From: Gaiellaceae bacterium
Lineage (GTDB): Bacteria; Actinomycetota; Thermoleophilia; Gaiellales; Gaiellaceae
DNA length: 60,985 nt
Assembly: GCA_036377995.1 (NCBI GenBank)
Contig: DASUXI010000048.1
Span: 1-60,985 of the forward strand
Direction: 5' to 3'
Shown piece after piece: positions 19,333 to 27,809 of this stretch. The notes beneath the pieces are model-generated. The model made no database searches and was not told the origin of the DNA. It was given only the letters and a program-made list of their open reading frames with translations. Within the stretch, counting starts at the first letter, position 1, and each line of letters opens with the position of its first letter. Both the position numbers and the translations under genes were made by a program.

Positions 19333-19790
19333 TGCGTTTCCTTCCGTCGGAGTCTGCGGATGCCCGCCGAGGCGGCCTGACGTGCGGCGGTCGCGTTCGA
19401 GCCCAGCGCGGCGCCGATCTCCGCGTAGTCCAGGTCGTAGCCGTAGCGCAGCACCACGGCGGCGCGCTCGGTCGGCGGGAGAACGCCGGCGAGATGCTCG
19501 AGCTCCGCGAAGGCCGGCCTTCCGTCGAGCGAAGCCAGCTCCGGAAGCTCCGCGTCGGCGCGCGGTCGCCGGTGCTCGTCGATCGCCACGCGGCCGGCGA
19601 TCGTGTACGCCCAGGCTCTGAGATGCTCGCCGTGCCGCAGGTTCGGGTAGGCCCGCAAGGCCTTCAAGAAGGTCTCCTGGAACGCGTCCTCTGCCCGCTG
19701 CGGCCCGAGCCTGCGGACCAGGAAAGAGTGGATCTCCTCGCGGTGCTCCTCGTAGAAGCGTTCGAACGGCGGCAAGCTCATCTGTGACAT
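19329..19790 (-). CDS. ECF-type RNA polymerase sigma-70 family factor
   Basis: Region 2 (FERFYEEHREEIHSFLVRRLG..AEDAFQETFLKA, AWAYTIAGRVAIDEHRR) and region 4 (ERAAVVLRYGYDLDYAEIGAALG..ATARQAASAGIRRLR). Confidence 0.85.
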   Translation of the reverse strand: MSQMSLPPFERFYEEHREEIHSFLVRRLGPQRAEDAFQETFLKALRAYPNLRHGEHLRAWAYTIAGRVAIDEHRRPRADAELPELASLDGRPAFAELEHLAGVLPPTERAAVVLRYGYDLDYAEIGAALGSNATAARQAASAGIRRLRRKETQ

Positions 19791-19822
19791 CTTGAAACGC
19801 GCGAAGGGGTGAAGGTGTGAGG

Positions 19823-20659
19823 ATGCCTGCCGTGCGGGTCGCCGTGGTGGGACATGTGGAGTGGGTCGAGTTCCTGCGCGTCGGCGCTGTGCCCCGGCCC
19901 GGCGAGATCGTCGAGGCGGGCGAGAGGTGGGAGGAGCCGGCCGGTGGCGGCGCGGTCGCCGCCGTGCAGCTCGGGCGGCTCGCCGGCTCGTGCCTCTTCT
20001 TCACGGCTCTCGGAGCAGATGAGCACGGTCGCCGCTCCCGGGCAGAGCTGACTCGCCTCGGAGTCGACGTGCGCGCGATTCCGGAGGCGAATACGACGCG
20101 CCGCGCGTTCACCTACGTGGACGACGACGGCGAGCGCACGATCACTGTCATCGGCGAGAAGCTGCGTCCGCGAGGAGGAGACAGCAGGCTGGCGTGGCGC
20201 GAACTCGCCGGTCTCGATGCCGTCTATTTCGTGAGTGGTGACATCGAGGCGCTCCGCCACGCACGGATGGCACGCGTTCTCGTCGCCGCGGCGAGAGAGC
20301 TCGCCATCCTCCGCGAGGCAGGTGTCCAGCTGGACGCCCTGGTGGGAAGCGGGGACGACGACGCCGAGCTCTACCGCCCGGGAGACATCGACCCCTCCCC
20401 GCGGTTCGTCGTCACCACGTCCGGCGGGCTGGGAGGCTGGGTCCAGCCGGGTGGCCCGTTCCGTCCTGCTCCGCTGCCCGGCCCGATCGTCGACGCCTAC
20501 GGCTGCGGCGACTCGTTCGCGGCGGGGCTTGCCTTCGCGCTCGGGCGGGGCGACCCGATCGAGGAGGCGGTCGCGCTGGCGGCGCGGTGCGGAGCGGCTG
20601 TCATGACGGGCCGGGGCCCGTACGAGGCGCAGCTCGACGGCGCTTCGATCGTCCCGTAG
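19823..20659 (+). CDS. PfkB-family carbohydrate/ribokinase-like kinase
   Basis: C-terminal DAYGCGDSFAAGLAFAL (DTxGAGD-type motif). GAAGG lies 8 nt upstream of ATG 19823. Confidence 0.75.
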   Translation: MPAVRVAVVGHVEWVEFLRVGAVPRPGEIVEAGERWEEPAGGGAVAAVQLGRLAGSCLFFTALGADEHGRRSRAELTRLGVDVRAIPEANTTRRAFTYVDDDGERTITVIGEKLRPRGGDSRLAWRELAGLDAVYFVSGDIEALRHARMARVLVAAARELAILREAGVQLDALVGSGDDDAELYRPGDIDPSPRFVVTTSGGLGGWVQPGGPFRPAPLPGPIVDAYGCGDSFAAGLAFALGRGDPIEEAVALAARCGAAVMTGRGPYEAQLDGASIVP

Positions 20660-20696
20660 GGGAGGCCTGGACCGGTAGTGAAATCACCCTTCCGGG

Positions 20697-20738
20697 GTGG
20701 ACATGTGGGGGATGGTGGTTTAGAGTGGGGCGAAGTGG
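20697..20738 (+). promoter_or_regulatory. Five phased GTGG direct repeats upstream of mraZ (MraZ-operator-like / mraW-leader-like)
   Basis: GTGG occurs at 20697, 20705, 20715, 20725 and 20735 (spacing 8, 10, 10, 10 nt), 22 nt before the mraZ ATG. The repeats are flanked by the 9-bp inverted repeat CGGTAGTGA (20673-81) / TCACTACCG (20742-50). Confidence 0.45.
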
Positions 20739-20759
20739 AGATCACTACCGAGCCCCGAG

Positions 20760-21194
20760 ATGCTTCTAGGCGAACACGAGCACACCCTCGATGACAAGAA
20801 CCGTCTCACCCTTCCCGCCAGGTTCCGCGCGGCGTTTGCGGAGGGTGTCGTCGTCACGAGAGGCCTCGACGGCTGCCTTTTCGCCTTCCGTCGTTCGGAT
20901 TGGGCTCGACTCGTCGAGTCTCAATTGTCCGCGCTGGATCCGCTCCGCCCGGAAGGGCGCCGCCTCCAGCGGCACTTCTTCTCCGGGGCGACCGAGTCCG
21001 AGCTCGACAAACAGGGCCGCGTGATGATTCCTGCCTCCCTGATCGCGCACGCGAAGCTGGGGAAGGAAGTCGTCGTCGCCGGCGTCAACGACCGGCTCGA
21101 GATCTGGGACCGCGCCGCCTGGCGCACAGAGCTGGCAGAGGTCGAAGGGAGTGCGGAGGATGTTGCCGAACGTCTTGCAGCACAGCGCGACTGA
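20760..21194 (+). CDS. mraZ: Transcriptional regulator MraZ
   Basis: Two SpoVT/AbrB-like halves with DDKNRLTLPARFR and DKQGRVMIPASL. First gene of the dcw cluster. Confidence 0.95.
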   Translation: MLLGEHEHTLDDKNRLTLPARFRAAFAEGVVVTRGLDGCLFAFRRSDWARLVESQLSALDPLRPEGRRLQRHFFSGATESELDKQGRVMIPASLIAHAKLGKEVVVAGVNDRLEIWDRAAWRTELAEVEGSAEDVAERLAAQRD

Positions 21195-22119
21195 TCACGT
21201 CCCCGTTCTCGCCGACGAGGTGCGCGAGCTCCTCGCGGTCCGCCCCGGGGAGACCGTCGTCGACGCGACCTTCGGCGCGGGCGGCCACGCCGCGCTGCTC
21301 GCCGCCGACCTCCAGGGACGCGGCAGGCTCATCGCGGTCGATCGTGATCCCGGCGCGCGCGCCTACTTCAACCGCTTTGCGAAGAGCGCGGGCGTCCAGA
21401 CCCGGCTCCTGCGCGGCGACTTCGCCTTGGTCCTCGACCAGCTCGCGCAGAACGATGTGGAGGCCGACGCGATCCTGCTCGACCTCGGCGTCTCGTCGAT
21501 GCAGATCGACCGGCCCGAGCGCGGCTTCTCGTACACCGCGGACGCGCGGCTCGACATGCGAATGGACCCGGCCGCGGACGTCACGGCGGCGGGCATCGTC
21601 AACGAGGCGGCCGAGCGGGATCTGGCCACCATCTTCAAGCGCTACGGCGAGGAGCGGTACGCGCGCCAGATCGCGAGGGCGATCGTGCGCAGGCGCAAGC
21701 AGCAGCCGTTCGAGCGCACGGGAGATCTCGTCGAGACGATCAAGGCCGCCATCCCTGCTCCGGCCCGTTTCGGTGATGGCCACCCGGCGAAGCGCGTGTT
21801 CCAGGCACTCCGCATTGCCGTCAACGACGAGCTCGGCTCGCTCGAAGCCGGGCTGCCCGCAGCGTTCTCGATGCTCCGCCCGGGCGGAAGGCTTGCGGTG
21901 ATCAGCTTCCACTCGCTCGAGGACCGTCTCGTCAAGCGGTTCATGCGCGAGCGTGAGCGCGGCTGCGAGTGTCCTCCGGATTTCCCTGTCTGCGTGTGTG
22001 GCAAGAAGCCCGAGCTCCGCTCGGTCTCGCGCAAGGCGATCAGGCCGAGCGCGCAGGAGACGGCTCTCAACCCGCGCTCCTCCTCTGCCCGGCTCCGAGT
22101 GGGAGTCAAGGTTTCCTAG
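21160..22119 (+). CDS. rsmH: 16S rRNA (cytosine1402-N4)-methyltransferase RsmH/MraW
   Basis: HVPVLADEV, DATFGAGGH, DLGVSSMQID, ISFHSLEDRLVK. ATG 21160 (alternative GTG 21151) overlaps the mraZ 3' end by about 35 nt. Confidence 0.9.
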   Translation: MLPNVLQHSATDHVPVLADEVRELLAVRPGETVVDATFGAGGHAALLAADLQGRGRLIAVDRDPGARAYFNRFAKSAGVQTRLLRGDFALVLDQLAQNDVEADAILLDLGVSSMQIDRPERGFSYTADARLDMRMDPAADVTAAGIVNEAAERDLATIFKRYGEERYARQIARAIVRRRKQQPFERTGDLVETIKAAIPAPARFGDGHPAKRVFQALRIAVNDELGSLEAGLPAAFSMLRPGGRLAVISFHSLEDRLVKRFMRERERGCECPPDFPVCVCGKKPELRSVSRKAIRPSAQETALNPRSSSARLRVGVKVS

Positions 22120-22121
22120 CC

Positions 22122-22484
22122 ATGGCCGCGTGGGCCGCCGCAGCCGAAGACGTCCCCGTCAGGCCGCGTCCCCGTCCGCGGCCTCGCTCGCGTCCGCGGG
22201 CGACGCGGCGGGAGCGGCGCGTCACCGGAGGCGTGGTGTGGATCGGGGTCGTTGCAGTGCTGCTGGCGGGCGTGGTCGCGACGAATGTCGCAGTCCTGCG
22301 CCTCAACATGAAGCTCGACCGTCTGGGCCAAGAACGGGCAGACCTCAAGGCGCAGACAGCCACACTCTCCTCCCAGCTGTCGAGCGCGGCCTCGGCGCCG
22401 CTCATCCAGAGCATGGCCGCGAAGCGTCTCGGCTGGGTGCAGGCGACCTCCGACCAGACCACCTACTTCACGCTGCACCCCTAG
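22122..22484 (+). CDS. ftsL: FtsL-like cell division protein (Arg/Pro-rich N-terminus, one TM, coiled coil)
   Basis: ATG 22122 lies 2 nt after the rsmH stop. TM helix VVWIGVVAVLLAGVVATNVAVL, then a leucine-zipper-like segment. Canonical position between rsmH and ftsI. Confidence 0.65.
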   Translation: MAAWAAAAEDVPVRPRPRPRPRSRPRATRRERRVTGGVVWIGVVAVLLAGVVATNVAVLRLNMKLDRLGQERADLKAQTATLSSQLSSAASAPLIQSMAAKRLGWVQATSDQTTYFTLHP

Positions 22485-22499
22485 CGTGACGCCTCGCCC

Positions 22500-24179
22500 G
22501 TGAACCGCCTCGTCAACCGGCGGATCCGGCTCTTCCTCGCAGGGCTCATGATCGCGTTCGCCGGTCTCGTCGTTCGAGCGGTCTGGCTCCAGGGCGTGCG
22601 GGCGGCGTCGCTTTCGCAACTAGGGCAGACGCAGCACCGCGAAGTCGTGACGGTCCCGGCCGATCGCGGCACGATCTACGACCGGACGGGCGTCGAGCTC
22701 GGCCTCGGCGAGCGCGCCACCACCGTCTATGCGAATCCGATGCAGATCACGAACCCGGAGCGGGCGGCGGTCGCAGTGGAGCGGACGCTCGGCCTCGACG
22801 CGAACCGGCTCTACAAGACGCTCGGCGATCGCTCACGTGGTTTCGTCTACGTCGAGCGCCAGGCCGACCCGGCCCAGGCCGACGCCTTGCGGAGGATGAA
22901 GCTCGCCGGCTTCGGCTTCTATCCGGAGGAGCGCCGCACTTATCCGCAGCGCTCCGTCGCGGCCCAGGTGCTCGGATACGTCGGCATCGACGGCACAGGG
23001 CTGTCGGGCCTCGAGCTGCAGTACGACCGGGACCTCTCCGGCCGCGCCGGCCAGGAGACCGTCGTCAAGGATCCCGGCGGGAACGTCATCGACATCCAGA
23101 GCCAGCGCCCGGAGGTCCCCGGGAAGGCCGTCTACCTCACTGTCGACCACAGCATCCAGGCGAACGCCGAGGAGGTCCTGCGCGAGACGGTGCACAAGTG
23201 GAGCGCGAAGAGCGCGAGCGCGATCGTGCTCGATCCACGCACCGGAGCAATCCTTGCGATGGCGGTTCAACCCGGCTACGACGCGAACCGTTATCCGTCC
23301 GCGCCGCATGACCTGCAGCGGAACCGCACGGTCACCGACACCTACGAGCCGGGCTCGACCTTCAAGCTGATCACCGTCGCCGGCGCATTGTCGGAGGGCC
23401 TCGTCTCACCGTCGACGCGGTTCACTCTCCCGTACCAGCTCCACGTCGCCGACCGGGTCATCCACGACGCCGAGAAGCGTGGGACGGTCAACTACTCCGT
23501 CGGGCAGATCCTCGCGCACTCCTCCAACATCGGGGCCATCACGCTTGCCGAGATGCTCGGGCGGACGCGGCTGAACGACTGGATCGGGCGGTTCGGCTTC
23601 GGTCACACGACGGGCATCGATTTCCCTGGCGAGAGCCCGGGGATCGTCCTGCCCCCGGAGAAGTGGTCGGGCTCGACCATCGGCAACGTGCCGATCGGGC
23701 AGGGGATCGCCGTGACCCCCGTGCAGATGGCGGCGGCCTACGCGGCGATCGCGAACGGCGGCGTGTGGTCGAGGCCCCATCTGGTCGATCACGTCGCCGG
23801 CGGCGCGCGACCGTCGCTGCATCGCCACCGGCTCGTCTCCCGCCGGATCGCCGACCAGCTGATGCTGATGCTGAAGGACGTCGTCGCCGAGGGGACGGGC
23901 CAGTACGCGGCCATTCCGGGCTACCAGGTCGCGGGCAAGACGGGAACAGCGCAGAAGCCGGACTCGCGCGGCGGTTATGCGACGGGGCGTTACGTCGCCT
24001 CGTTCGTCGGCGCCGTGCCCGCATCCCGCCCGCGGCTCGTCGTCCTCGTCACCGTCGACGAGCCGCGCGGGGCGATCTTCGGCGGCGTGGTGGCCGCGCC
24101 CGCCTTCCAGCAGATCGCCCGCTTCGACCTCCAGTACCTGGAAGTGCCGCCCGACGGCGCTCCCGGTTACCGGGGCTGA
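22500..24179 (+). CDS. ftsI: Class B penicillin-binding protein / peptidoglycan D,D-transpeptidase FtsI
   Basis: N-terminal TM, then STFK (EPGSTFKLITV), SSN (AHSSNIGA) and KTG (GKTGTA). Confidence 0.9.
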   Translation: MNRLVNRRIRLFLAGLMIAFAGLVVRAVWLQGVRAASLSQLGQTQHREVVTVPADRGTIYDRTGVELGLGERATTVYANPMQITNPERAAVAVERTLGLDANRLYKTLGDRSRGFVYVERQADPAQADALRRMKLAGFGFYPEERRTYPQRSVAAQVLGYVGIDGTGLSGLELQYDRDLSGRAGQETVVKDPGGNVIDIQSQRPEVPGKAVYLTVDHSIQANAEEVLRETVHKWSAKSASAIVLDPRTGAILAMAVQPGYDANRYPSAPHDLQRNRTVTDTYEPGSTFKLITVAGALSEGLVSPSTRFTLPYQLHVADRVIHDAEKRGTVNYSVGQILAHSSNIGAITLAEMLGRTRLNDWIGRFGFGHTTGIDFPGESPGIVLPPEKWSGSTIGNVPIGQGIAVTPVQMAAAYAAIANGGVWSRPHLVDHVAGGARPSLHRHRLVSRRIADQLMLMLKDVVAEGTGQYAAIPGYQVAGKTGTAQKPDSRGGYATGRYVASFVGAVPASRPRLVVLVTVDEPRGAIFGGVVAAPAFQQIARFDLQYLEVPPDGAPGYRG

Positions 24180-24214
24180 CGGCGCCGGGGCCGTCACTAG
24201 ACTTTCTCGGCGAC

Positions 24215-25576
24215 ATGCAGCTGGAGCGGCTCATCGCTGCGCTGGCCCCCACCGACGTCATCGGAAGCGCTGCCGCCGAGATCCGCGAGCTGGCGTACGA
24301 CGCACGGGAGGCGCCGCGCGATTCCTTGTTCTTCTGCATTCCCGGCGCGAGCGCCGACGGGCACGACTTCGCCCCGGACGCGATCCGCCGCGGTGCTTCC
24401 GCTCTCGTCGTCGAGAGGCCGCTCGACGTCGACGTCCCGCAGCTCGTCGTGCCGAGTGTCCGGGCCGCGATGCCGCGCGCCGCGGTCGAGTTCTTCGGCG
24501 ACCCGACCGCAGAGCTGCCGGTTGCCGCGATCACCGGGACGAACGGGAAGACGACGACGGCCTATCTCCTCTGGTCGATCCTCTCGACCGCGGGGGAGCA
24601 CCCGGGCCTTCTCACGAACGTCGAACGCCGCGTGGGCGGCGAGGCTCGCGCGGTCGGGCTCAACACGCCCGAGTCGATCGACGTCCAGCGCCTGTTTCGC
24701 GAGATGCTCGACGCCGGGAACCGCTCTTGTGTGATGGAGGCGACGTCGATGGCCTCGGTGATGGGCCGGCTCGAGGGCACGCGGTTCGCGGTGCTCGTGT
24801 TCACGAACCTGACCCAGGATCACCTCGACTTCCACGGGACGATGGAGGACTACTTCGAAGCGAAGAGGAGACTGTTCTCGCAAGCGGCTTGCGCGGTGGT
24901 CAACGTGGGGGATCCGTTCGGCGCCCGGCTCGCAGCCGAGCTTCCGGACGCGCAGACCTTTGCGCCCGGCGACGACCTCGGAGACGTCGACCTCGCGCTC
25001 CGCGGTCGGTTCAACGTCGTGAACGCGCTGGCCGCCGCGACGGCGGCGCGGGCACTCGGCATCGAGGAAAGTTCGATCAAGGCCGGCCTCGAGGCGGTCG
25101 ATCGCGTTCCAGGCCGCTTCGATCCGGTCGACGAGGGACAGCCCTTCACCGTGATGGTGGATTACGCCCACACGCCTGGCGCGCTCGAGACCGCGCTCGC
25201 GTCCGCGCGCGACCTTGCGCGCGGGCGCCTGATCTGCGTCTTCGGCGCAGGCGGCGACCGGGACCGCAAGAAGCGCCCGCTGATGGGTCGCGTGGTCTCG
25301 GAGCTGGCCGACATCGCGATCGTGACCTCCGACAATCCGCGCAGTGAGGATCCAGCGAGCATCGCGGCGGAGGTCGTCGACGGCCTCGACCTCGAGGTCG
25401 AGCTCGACCGGAGGCGCGCGATCGAGCACGCGCTTGCACTCGCCCGGGAGGGCGACGTGGTCGTCGTCGCCGGGAAAGGACACGAGCAAGGGCAGGAGGT
25501 GGGAGGTCGCAAGCTTCCGTTCGACGACCGCGAGGTGGTGCGCGATGCTCTGCACCGCCTGAGGGCGCCTGCGTGA
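24215..25576 (+). CDS. murE: UDP-MurNAc-L-Ala-D-Glu--2,6-diaminopimelate ligase
   Basis: ITGTNGKTTT, and the DNPR motif (TSDNPRSEDP) indicative of meso-DAP specificity. ATG 24215; the upstream part of the 637-aa ORF overlaps ftsI and is Arg-rich junk. Confidence 0.9.
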   Translation: MQLERLIAALAPTDVIGSAAAEIRELAYDAREAPRDSLFFCIPGASADGHDFAPDAIRRGASALVVERPLDVDVPQLVVPSVRAAMPRAAVEFFGDPTAELPVAAITGTNGKTTTAYLLWSILSTAGEHPGLLTNVERRVGGEARAVGLNTPESIDVQRLFREMLDAGNRSCVMEATSMASVMGRLEGTRFAVLVFTNLTQDHLDFHGTMEDYFEAKRRLFSQAACAVVNVGDPFGARLAAELPDAQTFAPGDDLGDVDLALRGRFNVVNALAAATAARALGIEESSIKAGLEAVDRVPGRFDPVDEGQPFTVMVDYAHTPGALETALASARDLARGRLICVFGAGGDRDRKKRPLMGRVVSELADIAIVTSDNPRSEDPASIAAEVVDGLDLEVELDRRRAIEHALALAREGDVVVVAGKGHEQGQEVGGRKLPFDDREVVRDALHRLRAPA

Positions 25577-26802
25577 TCCCGCTCGAGACGAAAATCCTCG
25601 ACGGGCTCGGACGAGTCGAGGCTTGCGCCGATGTGTTCACCGGCGTCCAGATCGACTCACGGCGTCTCCGCGCGGGCGACCTCTTCGTCGCGGTGGGACG
25701 TGGAGTGGACTTCCTGGAGGACGCGCGCCTGGCCGGCGCGACCGTCACGCTCGTGCCCGACGATGCCTTCGCGGCTCTGGCACGAATCGGCCGCGCCGTG
25801 CGCGAGCGGAGCGGTGCGAAGGTGGTCGGCATCACCGGCTCGATGGGAAAGACGTCGACGAAGGACATCCTCGCGGCCCTTTGCGGGTCAGCGTCCGCCC
25901 GGACGATCGCGGCGGAGGCGAGCTTCAACAACGAGATCGGCGTCCCGCTCACGCTTTGCCGCCTCGAGGAGGACACGGAGGTCTGCATCCTCGAGCTGGC
26001 GATGCGCGGGCTCGGGCAGATCGCGGAGCTGTGTGAGATCGCGCAGCCGGTGATCGGCGTCGTGACGAATGTGGGGCCGGTTCACCTCGAGCTCGTCGAC
26101 TCGATCGAAGGCGTACAGCGGGCCAAGGGAGAGTTGATCGCGGCCCTTCCCCCCGGTGGCACGGCCATCGTGCCCGACGACTTCTCCGTCGGACGGACGG
26201 ACGTCGAGATCGTCCGGCTCGGCACGCCCGAGGTGGAGAGGGCGAACGGCCGCACGGTCGTCGACGGCGTCAGCTTCAACTTCACCGCGCGTCACCAGGC
26301 GGAGAACGCGGCCGCTGCGCTCGCTGCGCTCGACGCTCTCGGCCTCGCGCGTCCCTCGTCGGTGGACGTCGCCTTCGCACGCTGGCGCGGCGAGGAGGCC
26401 GAGTTGCCGGGCGGCGGCCTGCTGATCAACGACGCCTACAACGCGAATCCGGTCTCGATGCGCGCGGCTCTCGAGTACCTCGCGGAGCGCGCAGGGGAGC
26501 GGCGCCGGGTCGCGATCCTCGGTGACATGGCCGAGCTCGGGCGCACGGGGCCCGGCTATCACCGCGAGGTCGGCAGCGCCGCAGCCGACCTCGGTGTCGA
26601 CGAGGTGCTCGCCGTGGGAGAGCTCGCGCGCGGCTACCTCGACTCGGGTGTGCCCGGCCGGTGGGTGCCCAATGTCCACGAGGCCCTGCGCGAAGTGGAG
26701 GACGTCGTCCGCCCCGGCGACGCCGTGCTCGTGAAGGCGTCCCGGGCTGTCGGGCTGGAGGCGGTGGCTGCGGCCCTCACCCGAGTGCCCGTCCGCCCGT
26801 GA
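25573..26802 (+). CDS. murF: UDP-MurNAc-tripeptide--D-alanyl-D-alanine ligase
   Basis: GITGSMGKTSTKD and DAYNANP. GTGA overlap with the murE stop. Confidence 0.9.
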   Translation: MIPLETKILDGLGRVEACADVFTGVQIDSRRLRAGDLFVAVGRGVDFLEDARLAGATVTLVPDDAFAALARIGRAVRERSGAKVVGITGSMGKTSTKDILAALCGSASARTIAAEASFNNEIGVPLTLCRLEEDTEVCILELAMRGLGQIAELCEIAQPVIGVVTNVGPVHLELVDSIEGVQRAKGELIAALPPGGTAIVPDDFSVGRTDVEIVRLGTPEVERANGRTVVDGVSFNFTARHQAENAAAALAALDALGLARPSSVDVAFARWRGEEAELPGGGLLINDAYNANPVSMRAALEYLAERAGERRRVAILGDMAELGRTGPGYHREVGSAAADLGVDEVLAVGELARGYLDSGVPGRWVPNVHEALREVEDVVRPGDAVLVKASRAVGLEAVAAALTRVPVRP

Positions 26803-27809
26803 TCCGCGTCCTGGCTGCGGGGGTGATCGCGATGGTCGCGTCGATCGTCGCCGGTCCGAAATTCATCGAGTTCCTGCGCCGGAACGAGTTCGGCCAGCAC
26901 ATCCGCGAAGAGGGGCCGGCCGCGCATCGCGTCAAGCAGGGAACGCCGACTATGGGCGGCCTGCTCATCGTCGTCGTCGCCACGGTCGCATTCCTCGCGG
27001 TCTCGAAGTACAAGGTTCCCGCCCTCAGCGTCCTCTTCGTCACGCTCGGCTGCGGCGCGATCGGCTTCCTCGACGACTTCATCAAGCTCACCAACCGCCG
27101 CTCGCTCGGCCTTCGCGGACGCTGGAAGATGTTGCTGCTCGCGCTGATCACGGTCGGCGTCGGCTTCGCTGCTAGCCATCAGCACCTGCCGACGAGCGTC
27201 TTCGTCCCGGTCGTGCACTGGAACCTGCAGCTGGGGTGGGGCTGGTACGTGCTCCTGTTCCTGGTCATCGCGGGCACCGCGAACGGGGTCAACCTCACGG
27301 ATGGGCTCGACGGGCTCGCGGCCGGCACGGGGATCATCGCGCTCATCACCTTCACCGCGATCGCGGTCGTCACGTACATCCGGTCCGGCAATCCCGGGGG
27401 CCGCTTCGACAGCCGGCTCGACCTTGCGATCGTCGGCGCTGCCCTCATCGGTGCCACCATCGGGTTCCTCTGGTACAACGCGTTCCCCGCCGAGGTGATC
27501 ATGGGCGACACCGGCGCGATGGCGATCGGAGGTGCGCTTGCCGCCCTGGCGATCTTCACCCAGACGATCATCCTGCTCCTCCTGATCGGCGGCATCTTCG
27601 CCATCGAGGCGCTCTCGGTGATCGTGCAGGTGATCTCCTTCAAGTACTACGGGCGCCGTGTCTTCCTGATGACGCCGATCCACCATCACTTCGAGATGAA
27701 GGCCTGGTCCGAGACGAAGATCATGGTGCGGTTTTGGATCGTCACCGCGTTTCTCTGCGCCGTTGGCTTCGCGCTCTTCTACTACGACTTCACGTACTTC
27801 CGACGCTGA
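26799..27809 (+). CDS. mraY: Phospho-N-acetylmuramoyl-pentapeptide transferase
   Basis: GTG 26799 (GTGA overlap with the murF stop). KQGTPTMGG, NLTDGLDGLA, MGDTGAMAIG, PIHHHFE. Confidence 0.9.
   Translation: MIRVLAAGVIAMVASIVAGPKFIEFLRRNEFGQHIREEGPAAHRVKQGTPTMGGLLIVVVATVAFLAVSKYKVPALSVLFVTLGCGAIGFLDDFIKLTNRRSLGLRGRWKMLLLALITVGVGFAASHQHLPTSVFVPVVHWNLQLGWGWYVLLFLVIAGTANGVNLTDGLDGLAAGTGIIALITFTAIAVVTYIRSGNPGGRFDSRLDLAIVGAALIGATIGFLWYNAFPAEVIMGDTGAMAIGGALAALAIFTQTIILLLLIGGIFAIEALSVIVQVISFKYYGRRVFLMTPIHHHFEMKAWSETKIMVRFWIVTAFLCAVGFALFYYDFTYFRR

Noticed and set aside
23663-24214. Upstream extension of the murE ORF. The same applies to the extensions 8177-8755, 12483-13559, 26661-26798, 27236-27733, 41503-41865 and 50970-51458.
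   Set aside because: These off-frame read-throughs overlap the preceding genes. The recognisable protein starts at an internal start codon that coincides with the upstream stop, in most cases (8756, 13560, 26799, 41866) as an overlapping stop/start junction.
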